64,000 nt of DNA from Chlamydiales bacterium (GTDB taxonomy: Bacteria; Chlamydiota; Chlamydiia; Chlamydiales; JAAZZY01). The translations under genes were made by a program, and so were the position numbers. Within the stretch, counting starts at the first letter, position 1. Every line of letters starts with the position of its first letter. The notes below the pieces were generated by a model. It saw nothing but the letters and a program-made list of their open reading frames with translations, had not been told where the DNA came from and searched no databases. Shown here one piece after another: positions 10,139-21,268 of this stretch. The stretch is from contig CBDBKM010000013.1 in the NCBI GenBank assembly GCA_965206695.1, positions 1 to 64,000 on the forward strand. Reading direction: 5' to 3'.

Positions 10139-11073
10139 TAGTCATTTAATTTTACATTGATAAGATTGCTTGATCAATGGCGAATTTAAAATTCGTAACT
10201 TTTCGTAATATCTCTCTAACTTTATTTTTCATATTAGCCCAATATTTTTCTATAGGATTTAAGTCCGGAGAATAGGGAGGAAGAAACATAAGCTTACAAC
10301 CGGCAGATTCTACTGTTTTCCTGCTTTCCGCTGACTTGTGAAAACCGGCATTGTCAAGAATAAGAACACTACCGGGTGTAAGCTGAGGAGTCAAAACTTC
10401 CTTAAGCCAAATATTGAATAACCCGGTATTACAAGTACCTTCAAAACACATTGGAGATAAAAACTGCCCTTTAGATAGGGCTGAAATAATATTTTGCCTT
10501 ATAAAGCGGTTTCCTGAAACCGCTCCAAAAACTTTTTTGCCGCGTAAGCTTCTTCCGGACTCACGAAATAAAAATTGATGAATCCCGGTTTCATCGAGAT
10601 AAATTCTCTTGTCAAAGGGAATATTTTTTAAATCTTTCATAAAAGCTTCCCGTTTCTTTTCATCTCTTTCCTTATAGCGAGTAGTTTTTTTTTTCGTGTA
10701 ATTTTTAATCTTTTAAGGGCATAAAAAATCGTTTGCGGAGTGACTGAAAAATAATCAGCAATTTCCGATAAAAAATAATCCGGATGTTTTTCTACATATT
10801 TAGATAACAACTCATCATCTAATTTCTTATAAGCATATTTTCTGCGGATTGGCTTTAAATGTCCTTTTTGCTTTTTTTGCAAGATCCATCGATATATTGT
10901 TGCGATACCTACTTGAAAAATATGGCCGGCTGTTTTTTTATCATGATGTTTTTCTATATGTTGTCATACTTTCTCTCGAAGATCTACTGAATAGGCTCTA
11001 GGCATTGTTTTATCCTTACTGTTTGTATAAAAAAAGAAGGATAACATATTATCAAATAAAAATTAAAATACTA
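10139..11073 (-). mobile_element. IS630-family element (two-ORF type) with an early TGA in orfA
   Basis: Near-identical to 38865-39799 but has GTA TGA where that copy has GTA TTA; LDETG, LDNA, PYSPDLNPIE. Confidence 0.9.
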
Positions 11074-11121
11074 TAATGGATGTTTATGAAAAATAAAATT
11101 TAAAACACTATATTATAGCAG

Positions 11122-11190
11122 ATTTCCTATAGTGTGGCTCATGGTAATTTCTTATAGAGTGGCCTAAGATTTTCTATAGAGTGACCCACA
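11122..11190 (-). repeat. three 17-bp direct repeats (atttcYtatagWgtggc-like) ending in ..ACA
   Basis: Repeats start at 11122, 11147 and 11169; the minus strand begins TGT. Confidence 0.7.
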
Positions 11191-11209
11191 ACAAAAAAAG
11201 AGGGGAGTA

Positions 11210-11407
11210 ATGAATAAGATTTGGAAGCTAATTAAGCTAATAAACCGGCACTACTTGTTGCTACTAGCACCGGTTGGATATTGTGTTGAGAGACGCATTA
11301 ATGAATTCGCTAGCTTGAACAATTTAGACGCTACGCCAAGCTACTATTGGACGTTTAGCATAATGATAATTCGTTATCTTGTCGATTATGAGAAGCTCAA
11401 GACTTAA
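11210..11407 (+). CDS. small hypothetical protein
   Basis: 65 aa ORF preceded by an AGGGGAG RBS-like sequence; no recognisable motif. Confidence 0.3.
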   Translation: MNKIWKLIKLINRHYLLLLAPVGYCVERRINEFASLNNLDATPSYYWTFSIMIIRYLVDYEKLKT

Positions 11408-11564
11408 AGCAGAAAGAAAAGGAAAGATCAAGCATCTAGGTAACGCAGTCCATGTATGCAATCGAGGAAAACCACCTTCACCACATCCGGTCCGGTTACT
11501 ATTGAGTGTCTAAGTCCCCATCTCACTAATGACTTACCAAAGGATCGAAAGGGGTACATTTGAT

Positions 11565-12233
11565 TTAAGGAAATTGTATTGAAGTTATAAGTTCGTAAAA
11601 CATCGATCTGTTGTTAGCATGTTCTTCCCCCCCCCAGAGAATATGTAGAATAGAATTTTCACCAAAAATAACAGCCATTTTTGTGGCCTGTTCAGTTTTA
11701 TCTTGGTCATCAAAATTAGAGCTAACGAGAATAAGTTTTTTCTTATCTTCATTAGGGTATTTTAAAGGTTGCATATCCATAAATTGCTCCATAGATTCTT
11801 TAAATACATCCTTTTGTGGAATCATATCATCAGGAACCCGAATAATTGCAGTTAAAGCGGCTTTTTCTCCTAGGTCTTCTTCTAAACCAGTGTTTTCAGA
11901 AAAAGATAATAAATAAAATTTTTCAAGCTCTTCATTAGAGAGGCCTGAGACAATAATTGCTTCAACAAGATCTACTGTACTTGGAATATTAAAAGCTCCC
12001 TCCATCTTATTAATGAGTACATTTTCAAATAAAACTTGAGCATTTTTACCAATGACAGCTGCTGACCCTTCCGGAATAAAAAAGGTCGCCCCTGATTCCG
12101 GTAGTATATACTTCCCTTGATCAACCCAAATAGAAGAATGAAAAGATTGCTCTTTATCACAACTAAAAAGATTTATAGAAAACAAAGCCAGAATTATAGT
12201 TGATAACTTTACTATTTTAGATATGTTTAACAT
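11565..12233 (-). CDS. exported or lipoprotein-like hypothetical protein
   Basis: Hydrophobic N-terminus ending LFSC; start overlaps the upstream stop (TAATG). Confidence 0.65.
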   Translation of the reverse strand: MLNISKIVKLSTIILALFSINLFSCDKEQSFHSSIWVDQGKYILPESGATFFIPEGSAAVIGKNAQVLFENVLINKMEGAFNIPSTVDLVEAIIVSGLSNEELEKFYLLSFSENTGLEEDLGEKAALTAIIRVPDDMIPQKDVFKESMEQFMDMQPLKYPNEDKKKLILVSSNFDDQDKTEQATKMAVIFGENSILHILWGGEEHANNRSMFYELITSIQFP

Positions 12234-13096
12234 TATTTACCCCCTTTTCCCCAATCCATTCCATGTTCTCTCATACACTGTTGCATACACTTGAAATAAT
12301 CTATATTCAATATATCTCTTACTTCTGATGTATAACAAGTAGCAGTGCAAAATGCTTTCCAGAATAAATCAATCCAAAATCCATTAAGCTCTGCATTATC
12401 TTGCCAAGAACCACCTTTCGACCAATCATTATTAGGCGCATAACCCGGATGATAGTCTCCCCCTGCTGTAGAAAAGCCGCCTGTAAAACCGGCGCCCGCA
12501 TTAGCGTGTTGTTGAGAGCCTGTATTGGTAAAACCTTCTTGATCTCCTGCATTATCACCCGGAGGAGATGTAAATTTCCATGCCGGCTTAGCTCCTTGAC
12601 TTCCGGTACTATCGGCATTGGGTTGGGGTCCCTCATTAGCATTAGGGGTAAGTTTATTTAGGTTACCCCAAATAGATTTAGCCAGAGCATAACCGGAGGT
12701 CAGTAGATTGTTTTCGTATGGATCCGCACCTTGGCCATTAAATGCATAATTTTCAGCTCCTGCTCGAAACCAATTACCATTCATTCTAGCTTCATTTGCT
12801 TCATATTCAGGAAGTCTACCATTGTGAGCGAAGTGATCTCTAACATGCTGATCAAAGAACGCTTGGAATATCATGATGGTATCAGGAATTATACCTGAAG
12901 TAGCAACATAAGCAATAGCAGCGCCTGCTAATACCGGAACAACAACTTTAGAAACGGCGTATGCTGAAGGCATATATTCCGAAGCAGAAGTATAACACTT
13001 TCCTAAATACTCAGACCAGGATTCCGATTTCTCTTCTTTGGAAGAGGCTATTGGTAAATTATAGGCAAAAGAAGTGGGTAACGTTTCTGTGATCAT
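12233..13096 (-). CDS. hypothetical protein with a TM segment, Gly/Asn-rich middle and Cys-rich C-terminus
   Basis: VVVPVLAGAAIAYV TM segment; CTATC...CMQQC. Confidence 0.7.
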   Translation of the reverse strand: MITETLPTSFAYNLPIASSKEEKSESWSEYLGKCYTSASEYMPSAYAVSKVVVPVLAGAAIAYVATSGIIPDTIMIFQAFFDQHVRDHFAHNGRLPEYEANEARMNGNWFRAGAENYAFNGQGADPYENNLLTSGYALAKSIWGNLNKLTPNANEGPQPNADSTGSQGAKPAWKFTSPPGDNAGDQEGFTNTGSQQHANAGAGFTGGFSTAGGDYHPGYAPNNDWSKGGSWQDNAELNGFWIDLFWKAFCTATCYTSEVRDILNIDYFKCMQQCMREHGMDWGKGGK

Positions 13097-13254
13097 AACA
13101 AAATATTAAATTAAATTAAGATTTTATAAATATATAGACAAATAACAATATACTTCAATGTTGAAAGGGCGTTATTAGTAGAATTAAAATTTAAAATAAG
13201 TATCAGTATAAATATTTAGTAATTATAATTTTAAACATATAGCTACTGTTGATC

Positions 13255-13606
13255 TTAAGCCTCTAGGCAGCATAAGTCCATATACTCAATAACTTCAGCC
13301 CCAACATCAGCTATCAACTTATGAAATTTTTCCATATAGCTTTTGGGGTCTTTAGCTTTTAGTATTGCTCCATCAAAAAAAGATCCAAATATTCTCTCCA
13401 TATGTGATGGTGTAATATCACAAATCAAATTGATAATATCATCGTCCTAACCTTTATTCTTTCCGGTAAGAACCAAGTCCGCAATAAACTTCTCTTTCGA
13501 TAATTCTTCCATCGCTTGGATTTTAGCGGTTCGATCTCCTGTTTCGTTTTCTGATGCATGTGTGAAACAGCTAATGGAAAGTAATAGTATGATTAAATAT
13601 CGTATG
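13255..13606 (-). pseudogene. decayed signal-peptide protein
   Basis: Minus frame reads (I)RYLIILLLSISCFTHASENETG...KG*DDDIINL..; start codon lost, internal stop. Confidence 0.4.
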
Positions 13607-13806
13607 TTTAACCTAGGTAATGTATTTGTAGTCAGGTGGTACGTTAATATCTATTGGAGGGATTTCATCTATGGACAGTAGCTTGTTGATGTATTTATCT
13701 GCCGGGTTGCGAATGTGATGATGATCTCCTATCATATCGCCTAATGCATTACTGAAAAGAAGTACATCAACTTCTACAGGTATCCAAACAAGAAGACCGG
13801 CATCTA

Positions 13807-14733
13807 TAGTCGTTTAATTTTACATTGATAAGATTGCTTGATCAATGGCGAATTTAAAATTCGTAACTTTTCGTAATATCTCTCTAACTTTATTGTTCAT
13901 ATTAGCCCAATATTTTTCTATAGGATTTAAGTCCGGAGAATATGGAGGAAGAAACATAAGCTTACAACCGGCGGATTCTACTATTTTCCTGCTTTCCACT
14001 GACTTGTGAAAGCCGATATCGTCAAGAATAAGAACACTACCGGGTGTAAGCCGGAGAGTCAAAACTTCTTTAAGCCAAATATTGAATAACCCGGTATCAC
14101 AAGTACCTTCAAAACACATTGGAGACAAAAACCGCCCTTTAGACAGGGCTGAAATAATATTTTGCCTTACAAAACGGGTTCCTGAAACTGCTCCAAAAAC
14201 TTTTTTACCGGATAAGCTTCTTCCGTTAGTGCGAAATAAAAATTGATGAATCCCGGTTTCATCAAGATAAATCCTCTTGTCAAAGGGAATATTGTTTAAA
14301 TCTTTCATAAAAGCTTCCCGTTTCTTTTCATCTCTTTCCTTATAGCGAGTAGTTTTTTTCGTGTAATTTTTTAAGGGCATAAAAAATCGTTTGCGGAGTG
14401 ACTGAAAAATAATTAGCAATTTCCGATAAAAAAGAATCCGGATGTTGTTCTACATATTTAGATAACAACTCATCATCTAATTTCTTATAAGCATACTTTC
14501 TGCGGATTGGTTTTAAATGTCCTTTTTGTTTTTTTTTGTAATACCCATCGATATACTGTTGCGATATCTACTTGAAAAATATGGCCGGCTACCTTTTTAT
14601 CCTGATGCTTTTCTATATATTGTCATACTTTCTCTCGAAGATCTACTGAATAGACTCTAGGCCTTTGGTTTATCCTTACTATCCGTATAAAAAGAGAAGG
14701 ATAACATATTATCAAATAAAAATTAAAGTACTA
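13807..14733 (-). mobile_element. IS630-family element, diverged decayed copy
   Basis: Homologous to 10139-11073; early TGA and a short deletion near the frameshift site. Confidence 0.88.
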
Positions 14734-14947
14734 TGTACCACACGTAGCCATAGTAAAGATAAATGTAACTCCGCTAATAACAACTGTAAGTCCCTACTTG
14801 AGGGTTCTTTTGTTTATAGCTGACATCTCTCTTAAAATCTTCTCTGCTTCCTCGTATATCTTTTGTGTTGCCATCAAGAGATCGTCATCGAATAGGTTCG
14901 TTTTGGTACAGGTTTTAGCTCTCCGGTTACAGGATCTTTTTCATATA

Positions 14948-15654
14948 TAGTGAATTAAATTTTATTTTTCATTTTATTCATGTAGACTATCCTATCTTAG
15001 AGAAATTGCTCAAGAATCGGGTGTTACGATACCGGCTATTTTTTATGCCTGTAAACGTTTGAAACTAACCTTAAAAAAAAGATCCCGTTCTACAAAGAAA
15101 GAGATGAAAAACAACGACAAGAGTTTCAAGAAACACTAAAAAATATCCCCATGAAAAATCGTGTTTATGTAGATGAGAGCGGGATTAATAAATATTTAAG
15201 AAGAGAACATGTTCGATGTCAGGCAAGGAATCAAGTATACGGAGCCGTTTCGGGAATGCGATATGCACGTGAAAGTTTTATCGCAGCAAAGAATCAATCC
15301 CGAATCTTAGCTCCTTTTTGCTATACGGGAACATGTGATACTAAGTTATTTAATCTATGAGTGAAAGATTTTCTTATTCCGGAACTTAAACCCGGTCAAG
15401 TTGTTATTATGGATAATGCAACTTTTCATAAATCTAAATATTCACAATAACTTATAGAACAAGCAGGTTGTCACATTCTATTTCTTCCGGTTTACTCACT
15501 GGAGCTGAATCTTATTGAGCTATTTTAGGCAAATTTGAAAAAACAAATCCGGAGATTACCGAAAAAAACCGGAGGGATAGGATTAGCCGATGCTATTGAC
15601 CATACATTCTCTATTCTATCGAATTGGTGATAAAAATCATCATTTAAACCACTA
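14948..15654 (+). mobile_element. IS630-family element, internally deleted and pseudogenised
   Basis: 14990-15488 matches 9519-10018; multiple stops; different 3' end. Confidence 0.8.
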
Positions 15655-15676
15655 TTATATGAAAAGGAACAGGGTC

Positions 15677-16639
15677 TTAATTATCTAACAAATATTGAAA
15701 GATTAATGGAGCTACAATAGATGCATCAGACTCAATAATAAAACCGGGTGTATCAACATCTAATTTCCCCCAGCTAATCTTTTCACTAGGGGTTGCGCCA
15801 CTATAAGAACCATATGATGTCGTGCTATCACTAATTTGACAGAAATAAGACCATAGAGGTATATTTAATTGAAGATCTTGTCTTAATAGAGGAACAACGC
15901 AAATAGGAAAATCACCGGCAATACCCCCACCAACCTGAAAGAAACCAATTGGATCTTTTGAATTATCTTTATACCAAGAAACCAATTCTCCCATTTGCTC
16001 AAGCCCACTTTTTACTACATGATAGGAAATAATATCTTGTGTAATAACATGTGAAACAAAAATATTTCCCAAAGTAGAGTCTTCCCAACCCGGAGTAAAG
16101 ATCGGAAGGTTTTTTTCTTTAGCAGCCAGTACCCATGAATATTTAGGATCAATTTGAAAATACTGATCTAGGTTTTTTGATTCTAATAACTGATACATAA
16201 ACTGATAAGGAAAGTAACTTTGTTTTTCCTTATCGGCTTTTTCCCAAAGATCAATTACATGACTCTCAATACGTCTAATCGCCTTAATTTCGGGAATGCA
16301 GGTATCAGTCACTCGATTCATTCCTTTATCCAATAATTTTTTTTCATCTTGGGCAGATAAGCATCGATAATTAGACAGTCGTTCGTAATGTTCGTGAGCA
16401 ACTAAATTAAATATATCTTCTTCTAAATTGGCTCCTGTACAACAAATGCCATGGATCATATCTCGTCTAATCAATTCAGATAGGGAGATGCCAATTTCAG
16501 CTGTACTCATCGCTCCTGCTAGGGTTAAAAACATTTTACCCCCTTTTTTAGAATGGGCAATCCAACCCTCGGCAGCATCAACGCAGGCTGCGGCATTAAA
16601 ATGTTTAAAATTTTTACGCATAAAATTTTGGATAGTCAT
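15677..16639 (-). CDS. deoxyhypusine synthase-like protein (probable homospermidine synthase)
   Basis: LAGAMSTAE, TGANLEED, GGGIAGDF, SYSGA, EKISWGK (active-site Lys). Confidence 0.88.
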   Translation of the reverse strand: MTIQNFMRKNFKHFNAAACVDAAEGWIAHSKKGGKMFLTLAGAMSTAEIGISLSELIRRDMIHGICCTGANLEEDIFNLVAHEHYERLSNYRCLSAQDEKKLLDKGMNRVTDTCIPEIKAIRRIESHVIDLWEKADKEKQSYFPYQFMYQLLESKNLDQYFQIDPKYSWVLAAKEKNLPIFTPGWEDSTLGNIFVSHVITQDIISYHVVKSGLEQMGELVSWYKDNSKDPIGFFQVGGGIAGDFPICVVPLLRQDLQLNIPLWSYFCQISDSTTSYGSYSGATPSEKISWGKLDVDTPGFIIESDASIVAPLIFQYLLDN

Positions 16640-16648
16640 AGGGCACTC

Positions 16649-17542
16649 TTATTTAGTTAGAAATAGATGAAATTTATATGAAAGAATTTTATAGATTAAC
16701 TTAGCAGCTAAAAAGTCAGGAGCTAAATTATTTGGATTAGGGCATAGTTCAACGACGTCACATCCAATGAGATTTTTCTTTAAAATAACATGGCGCAAGA
16801 GCTTCATTACTTGATTCCAATTTAATCCACCGGGCTCCGGTGTCCCTGTCGACGGCATAATAGCAGGATCAAAAACATCTAAATCTAAAGTTATATAAAC
16901 TTTATCATTCAGTTGATTCACAACTTTTTCAATCCAGTCATCCTGTTCATGAATATCATGACTAAAAAAGGTCGTAGTAGATTCTTGAGCTTTTTTTTCT
17001 TCAATGCTCATGCTCCTTATCCCAACTGATACGATATTAGAAACAGAATCACTCTTTTGTACCCTTCTCATAACAGAAGCGTGACTGTACGGATTTCCTT
17101 CATAAGCATCTTGAAGATCAGCATGAGCATCGAGCTGCAAGATACTAATGTTTTTGAAGCTATCAGCATGTGCTTTAATAGGAGCTGATGAAATAGAATG
17201 TTCACCGCCGAGCGTGATAACAAATTTCTCATCCCGGATATACTTATAGACTTGATTGTATACCTCATTTAACATTTCTTTTGAGGTTTCTAAAAGAATC
17301 GATCGGGCTGTATGAATACCTTTCAAATACACTTCTGAATCCGTTTCAATATCATATAATTCTAAATGCCTAGAGGCCTCGATAAGAGCATCAGGTCCTT
17401 TATCCGAGCCTTTTTGATATGTGGTGGTTTTATCAAAAGACACAGGCAATAGCACAATTTCGGATGCAGCATAATCTGAAAACTCATCCGGAAGTCCTCC
17501 ATAGTGGCCTGCAAGGCCTTGTCCCATTGGAAATTCTGTCAT
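16649..17542 (-). CDS. speB: agmatinase
   Basis: GGEHS, DAHADL and DLDVFDP..PSTGTPEPGG ureohydrolase motifs; operon context. Confidence 0.9.
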   Translation of the reverse strand: MTEFPMGQGLAGHYGGLPDEFSDYAASEIVLLPVSFDKTTTYQKGSDKGPDALIEASRHLELYDIETDSEVYLKGIHTARSILLETSKEMLNEVYNQVYKYIRDEKFVITLGGEHSISSAPIKAHADSFKNISILQLDAHADLQDAYEGNPYSHASVMRRVQKSDSVSNIVSVGIRSMSIEEKKAQESTTTFFSHDIHEQDDWIEKVVNQLNDKVYITLDLDVFDPAIMPSTGTPEPGGLNWNQVMKLLRHVILKKNLIGCDVVELCPNPNNLAPDFLAAKLIYKILSYKFHLFLTK

Positions 17543-17579
17543 AACATTACTCGCTTTAAACTATTCGTTTATTTCGTTT

Positions 17580-19466
17580 TCAAACCACTAGATAAGTATA
17601 GCTATCTAAAGCTTCTTTAAACCTTTTCTTCAGTATAGCAGCGTCTTTGGTTGATATGCGTCCCTCTTTTAAAGAGTCCTCGATAGAAAATCGCAACTGC
17701 CCCATTAAACCGTCACAATCGTATTGGGTATAGGATAAAACCTCTCTTATCGTATCTCCATCTATAAAATGGCTTAAAACTAACTCTCCACTCGCATCAA
17801 AATCTATATGCACGGCATTTGTATCACCGAAAAGGTTATGTAAACCCCCCAGTACTTCTTGGTAAGCTCCCACTAAAAATATACCCAGATAATAGGGGTC
17901 TTTTTTCAACTCATGTAGCTTGATATAATGCTCAACTTTTCCTTGGTGAACAAACTGATCGACCTTACCGTCACTATCACATGTCAAATCTGCAATAATA
18001 CCGCGCCTTGTTGGCTCTTCATTAAGTCGGTGTATTGGCATAATCGGAAAAAGCTGGTTAATCGCCCATGAATCAGGAATAGATTGAAAGACAGAAAAAT
18101 TACAAAAATAATTATCCAAAAGATTTTTATCGAGTTTAGCTACATCCTCCGGTATAAAGTCACTTCCTTTGGAAATACTATAGATTTTGGCAATAAGGTA
18201 GCTATATATTCTATCAGCATATCCCTTTTCTATTAGTTCCAAATTCCCTTGGATAAAATGTTCTAAAATAATATTTTTTAAATCCAAAGCATCATGTAGT
18301 ACTTCATGATAGTTTTCTTTCGTGATGCTTTCATAAAGCTCACAAATCTCTAATAAAAATTCATGGTCACTAGGAGGTAACGGTAACTCAGCTACAGGAT
18401 CTAAGGAATATTCAACATCAACCACTTCTGTAATCAAAATCGAACTATGCGCTACAATGGCACGCCCTGACTCTGTGATGATCGTAGGATGAGGGATACT
18501 ATCATCTGAACAAGCTTTTCCAATGGCAAACACAACGTCTTTAGCATATTCCTCAATCGTATAATTCATTGAAGAATCTAGTGTTGTTCTGGATCCGTTA
18601 TAATCAACTCCTAATCCCCCTCCGGCATCAAAAAAACAAAGAGATGGAGCTATTTTTGCTAATTCAGTATACATTCGAGTCGCTTCTCTTAAAGCTTTTT
18701 TAACCGATGCAATTGTCGTAACTTGACTTCCAATATGAAAGTGAAGCAATTTAAGCCAATGAGCTTTATTGGCATTAATAAGTTGCTCCATTGCTAAACT
18801 AATTTCATGGGTAGTTAATCCAAATTTGGCTAATTCTCCTCCGGAAGATTCCCAGCGCCCGCTTCCTTTTGTTGAAATCTTCATTCTAAATCCAATTTCG
18901 GCCTCAACACCTATCTTTTGAGAACACACCAAAACATTTTCAAGTTCACGAAATTGCTCAATAATTATAATGGGTCGTCTACCAACTTTGCTGGCCAAAA
19001 GAGCTAGTTCTATGTATTCCTTATCCTTATACCCATTACAAAGTAAAAGGGCATCTCTGGTATCATTAATACTTAAAACGGCTATAAGCTCAGGCTTACT
19101 TCCTACTTCTAACCCCAAACGCTTATCTTTTCCACTCTGACGAATGACATCAATAATATGTCTCTGTGGATTCACCTTAACAGGAAAAATGAATTGGTAC
19201 TTATTCTGATAGTCGTACTCTTTAATCGCTAAATCAAAAGATTGTTTTACATGATTGATACGGTGGCGAATAATACCATCAAATCTGAGCAAAATAGGAG
19301 CTTCCATGCCTCGCAGTATAATGGATTGAACCAACTCTAACAAATCATAAGAGTGGGAATTTTGATCCGGCCTAATAATAACATTTCCTTTCTGATTTAT
19401 ATCAAAATATCCACTACCCCAACCCTTAATTTGGTATTCTTCAATGATTTTATTAGTAGCCCACAT
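17580..19466 (-). CDS. speA: biosynthetic arginine decarboxylase
   Basis: FPVKVN (PLP Lys), GLEVGSKPEL, HFHIGSQ, TCDSDG, GAYQEVLGGLHNLFG. Confidence 0.93.
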   Translation of the reverse strand: MWATNKIIEEYQIKGWGSGYFDINQKGNVIIRPDQNSHSYDLLELVQSIILRGMEAPILLRFDGIIRHRINHVKQSFDLAIKEYDYQNKYQFIFPVKVNPQRHIIDVIRQSGKDKRLGLEVGSKPELIAVLSINDTRDALLLCNGYKDKEYIELALLASKVGRRPIIIIEQFRELENVLVCSQKIGVEAEIGFRMKISTKGSGRWESSGGELAKFGLTTHEISLAMEQLINANKAHWLKLLHFHIGSQVTTIASVKKALREATRMYTELAKIAPSLCFFDAGGGLGVDYNGSRTTLDSSMNYTIEEYAKDVVFAIGKACSDDSIPHPTIITESGRAIVAHSSILITEVVDVEYSLDPVAELPLPPSDHEFLLEICELYESITKENYHEVLHDALDLKNIILEHFIQGNLELIEKGYADRIYSYLIAKIYSISKGSDFIPEDVAKLDKNLLDNYFCNFSVFQSIPDSWAINQLFPIMPIHRLNEEPTRRGIIADLTCDSDGKVDQFVHQGKVEHYIKLHELKKDPYYLGIFLVGAYQEVLGGLHNLFGDTNAVHIDFDASGELVLSHFIDGDTIREVLSYTQYDCDGLMGQLRFSIEDSLKEGRISTKDAAILKKRFKEALDSYTYLVV

Positions 19467-19594
19467 TATAAATATACTTTAACGTTTAATTAATTTTGCA
19501 GATATTATCAAGAGCTGTTATTAGATTGTCAATCTGTTTATAAACAATATTAACGTCTCATTGCAGAGAAAAAATGTGCTTATTATCTCCTATA

Positions 19595-20683
19595 AGACTT
19601 CTGCACGACTAATGATTGGATGTAAGATAAGCGAAATACAAGAAAAGTGAGTAATAAGAATGTTAAACTAAGCGTTTCAAAGTAAGAAAAGAGAGATTTC
19701 AAATAAACATTTAATAGATAATGGTGCGCTCTCCTTCTAGTTCATCACAATCCTTCTTAAGGCCTTGTTTAAATTTAAGCACAAGGCTTTCATATAAAGT
19801 TGTCTTTCGACTTTTAATCGAGAAAAATAAGAAGCTTTACCCATACAAAATTTTCTTTTTAAAGTATCGAAAGCTTGCTCTATACGAAATCGTCTTCTCG
19901 CAATCATTTTATTAAATAGACGTTGACTCCATTTTAAAGGATGACCCCTAACCGCTTGATGAGAAAGACCGTCTCGAATACCGTGATTGCTTAAATGAGA
20001 GCGGCTATCTGATGATGAGAAACCCTTATCGGTCAGTAAACGTTTACCGTGAGTATAACTTATGATCTATGGTTATATTGGGTCACTTCAGATTCATTCG
20101 TCGGTCTGACGTGTATTATGATGAATAAAATCTTCTCGGTTATTCGGAAACAAAATAACCCCTATAACCGAAATAGCTTTGCTTCCCTTTTTTAACCCAA
20201 AAGGCATCCGGATCCGCCGATTGCTTAACGGTATGATCAGGTTCGACCGTTTTTTTCTGGCGTGCTGCTGAAGTGACTATAGTTGTATCAAGAAGAGCCC
20301 CTTCAGGTTCTTTAACTTTTAATCCCGTGCTTTTCTAATTGCCGGTTAATTTCGCGAAATAAGCGCTCATAACGCCCTTTATGAATGATGTTATTCCTAA
20401 AGCAGCATATGGTGGTTTCATCCGGCGTATCATCTTCTATCTCAAAACCTGTGAACAACATAAAGTCCAAACGGACTCTTAAGGCTTCTTCTAAAGCAAG
20501 CTCGCTTAAGCTGTGCCGGTGACCCAATAATATCGACTTAAACCCGGCAAGATTATCATAGGCTTTGGGGCTACCTTGAGGGTTAAGTTCATTTTTATGT
20601 ATGCCTTTTAGTAAGCATCGAATAGGTTGCCAATCAATGAATTTTTAAAAAATCATTATCATGAATCAGTTGTGCAGAAGTCT
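19595..20683 (-). mobile_element. IS5-family element, decayed
   Basis: TIRs agacttctgcac / gtgcagaagtct; PDETTIC.FR transposase fragment. Confidence 0.8.
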
Positions 20684-20745
20684 TAAAAAACAAATAGACG
20701 TTTTCATCCCAATGCTAAAGCAAAGAGTTTTCTCGCTTAATTGTC
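20684..20745 (-). mobile_element. isolated IS605 left end with tnpA 3' tip
   Basis: Minus strand TTTAT|gacaattaagcgagaaaac hairpin; aaaaaacaaatag matches the tnpA end. Confidence 0.75.
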
Positions 20746-20922
20746 ATAAATCTCTTTATTTAAAATACATATAAAATCCATCTAAAGTTCTTTCTTTTTT
20801 AGTTAAGAAAAATAAAAAAAAACTGGTAATTCTAACCCATAAAGTGTAATAAAAAAATTAAAATATTTTAATGCATAGTTATGTGAAGGTATTAAACGAG
20901 AAGCAATATTTAGGAAAGAAGT

Positions 20923-21066
20923 ATGAATAAAGTAGAAAAAGAGCTGCCTGTCACCAAAATTAAAAAGAATGATCATCCGCTTAAAGCGAAACGTAGGCGA
21001 GTTCAGACAGCAGAAGGATGGCACCGTACCTCGATGAAAATCGCTGAGAAAAAATATAAAAAGTAA
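20923..21066 (+). CDS. 47-aa basic small protein (below the ORF-track cutoff)
   Basis: MNKVEKELPVTKIKKNDHPLKAKRRRVQTAEGWHRTSMKIAEKKYKK; purine-rich AGGAAAG upstream. Confidence 0.55.
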   Translation: MNKVEKELPVTKIKKNDHPLKAKRRRVQTAEGWHRTSMKIAEKKYKK

Positions 21067-21268
21067 TATTTAACCCCGGCTACATTTTTCTTCTTAATTG
21101 ACAGTTAAAAATTCCAAAATTCCAAATACTTCTATGATGGATTAATAACCGAATAATGTTGAAGTTTTGACTAAGGTATTTTATAATTCATAAAAATACC
21201 GGGATTGTAAATTCGGGTATATTTGTTAACCTGAATGATGATATGAGTTGCTACTTTTCAAAAGTTAT

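Noticed and set aside
11122..11190. Mini CRISPR array
   Set aside because: Repeats are 17 bp with 5-8 bp gaps, far too short for spacers, and there are no cas genes
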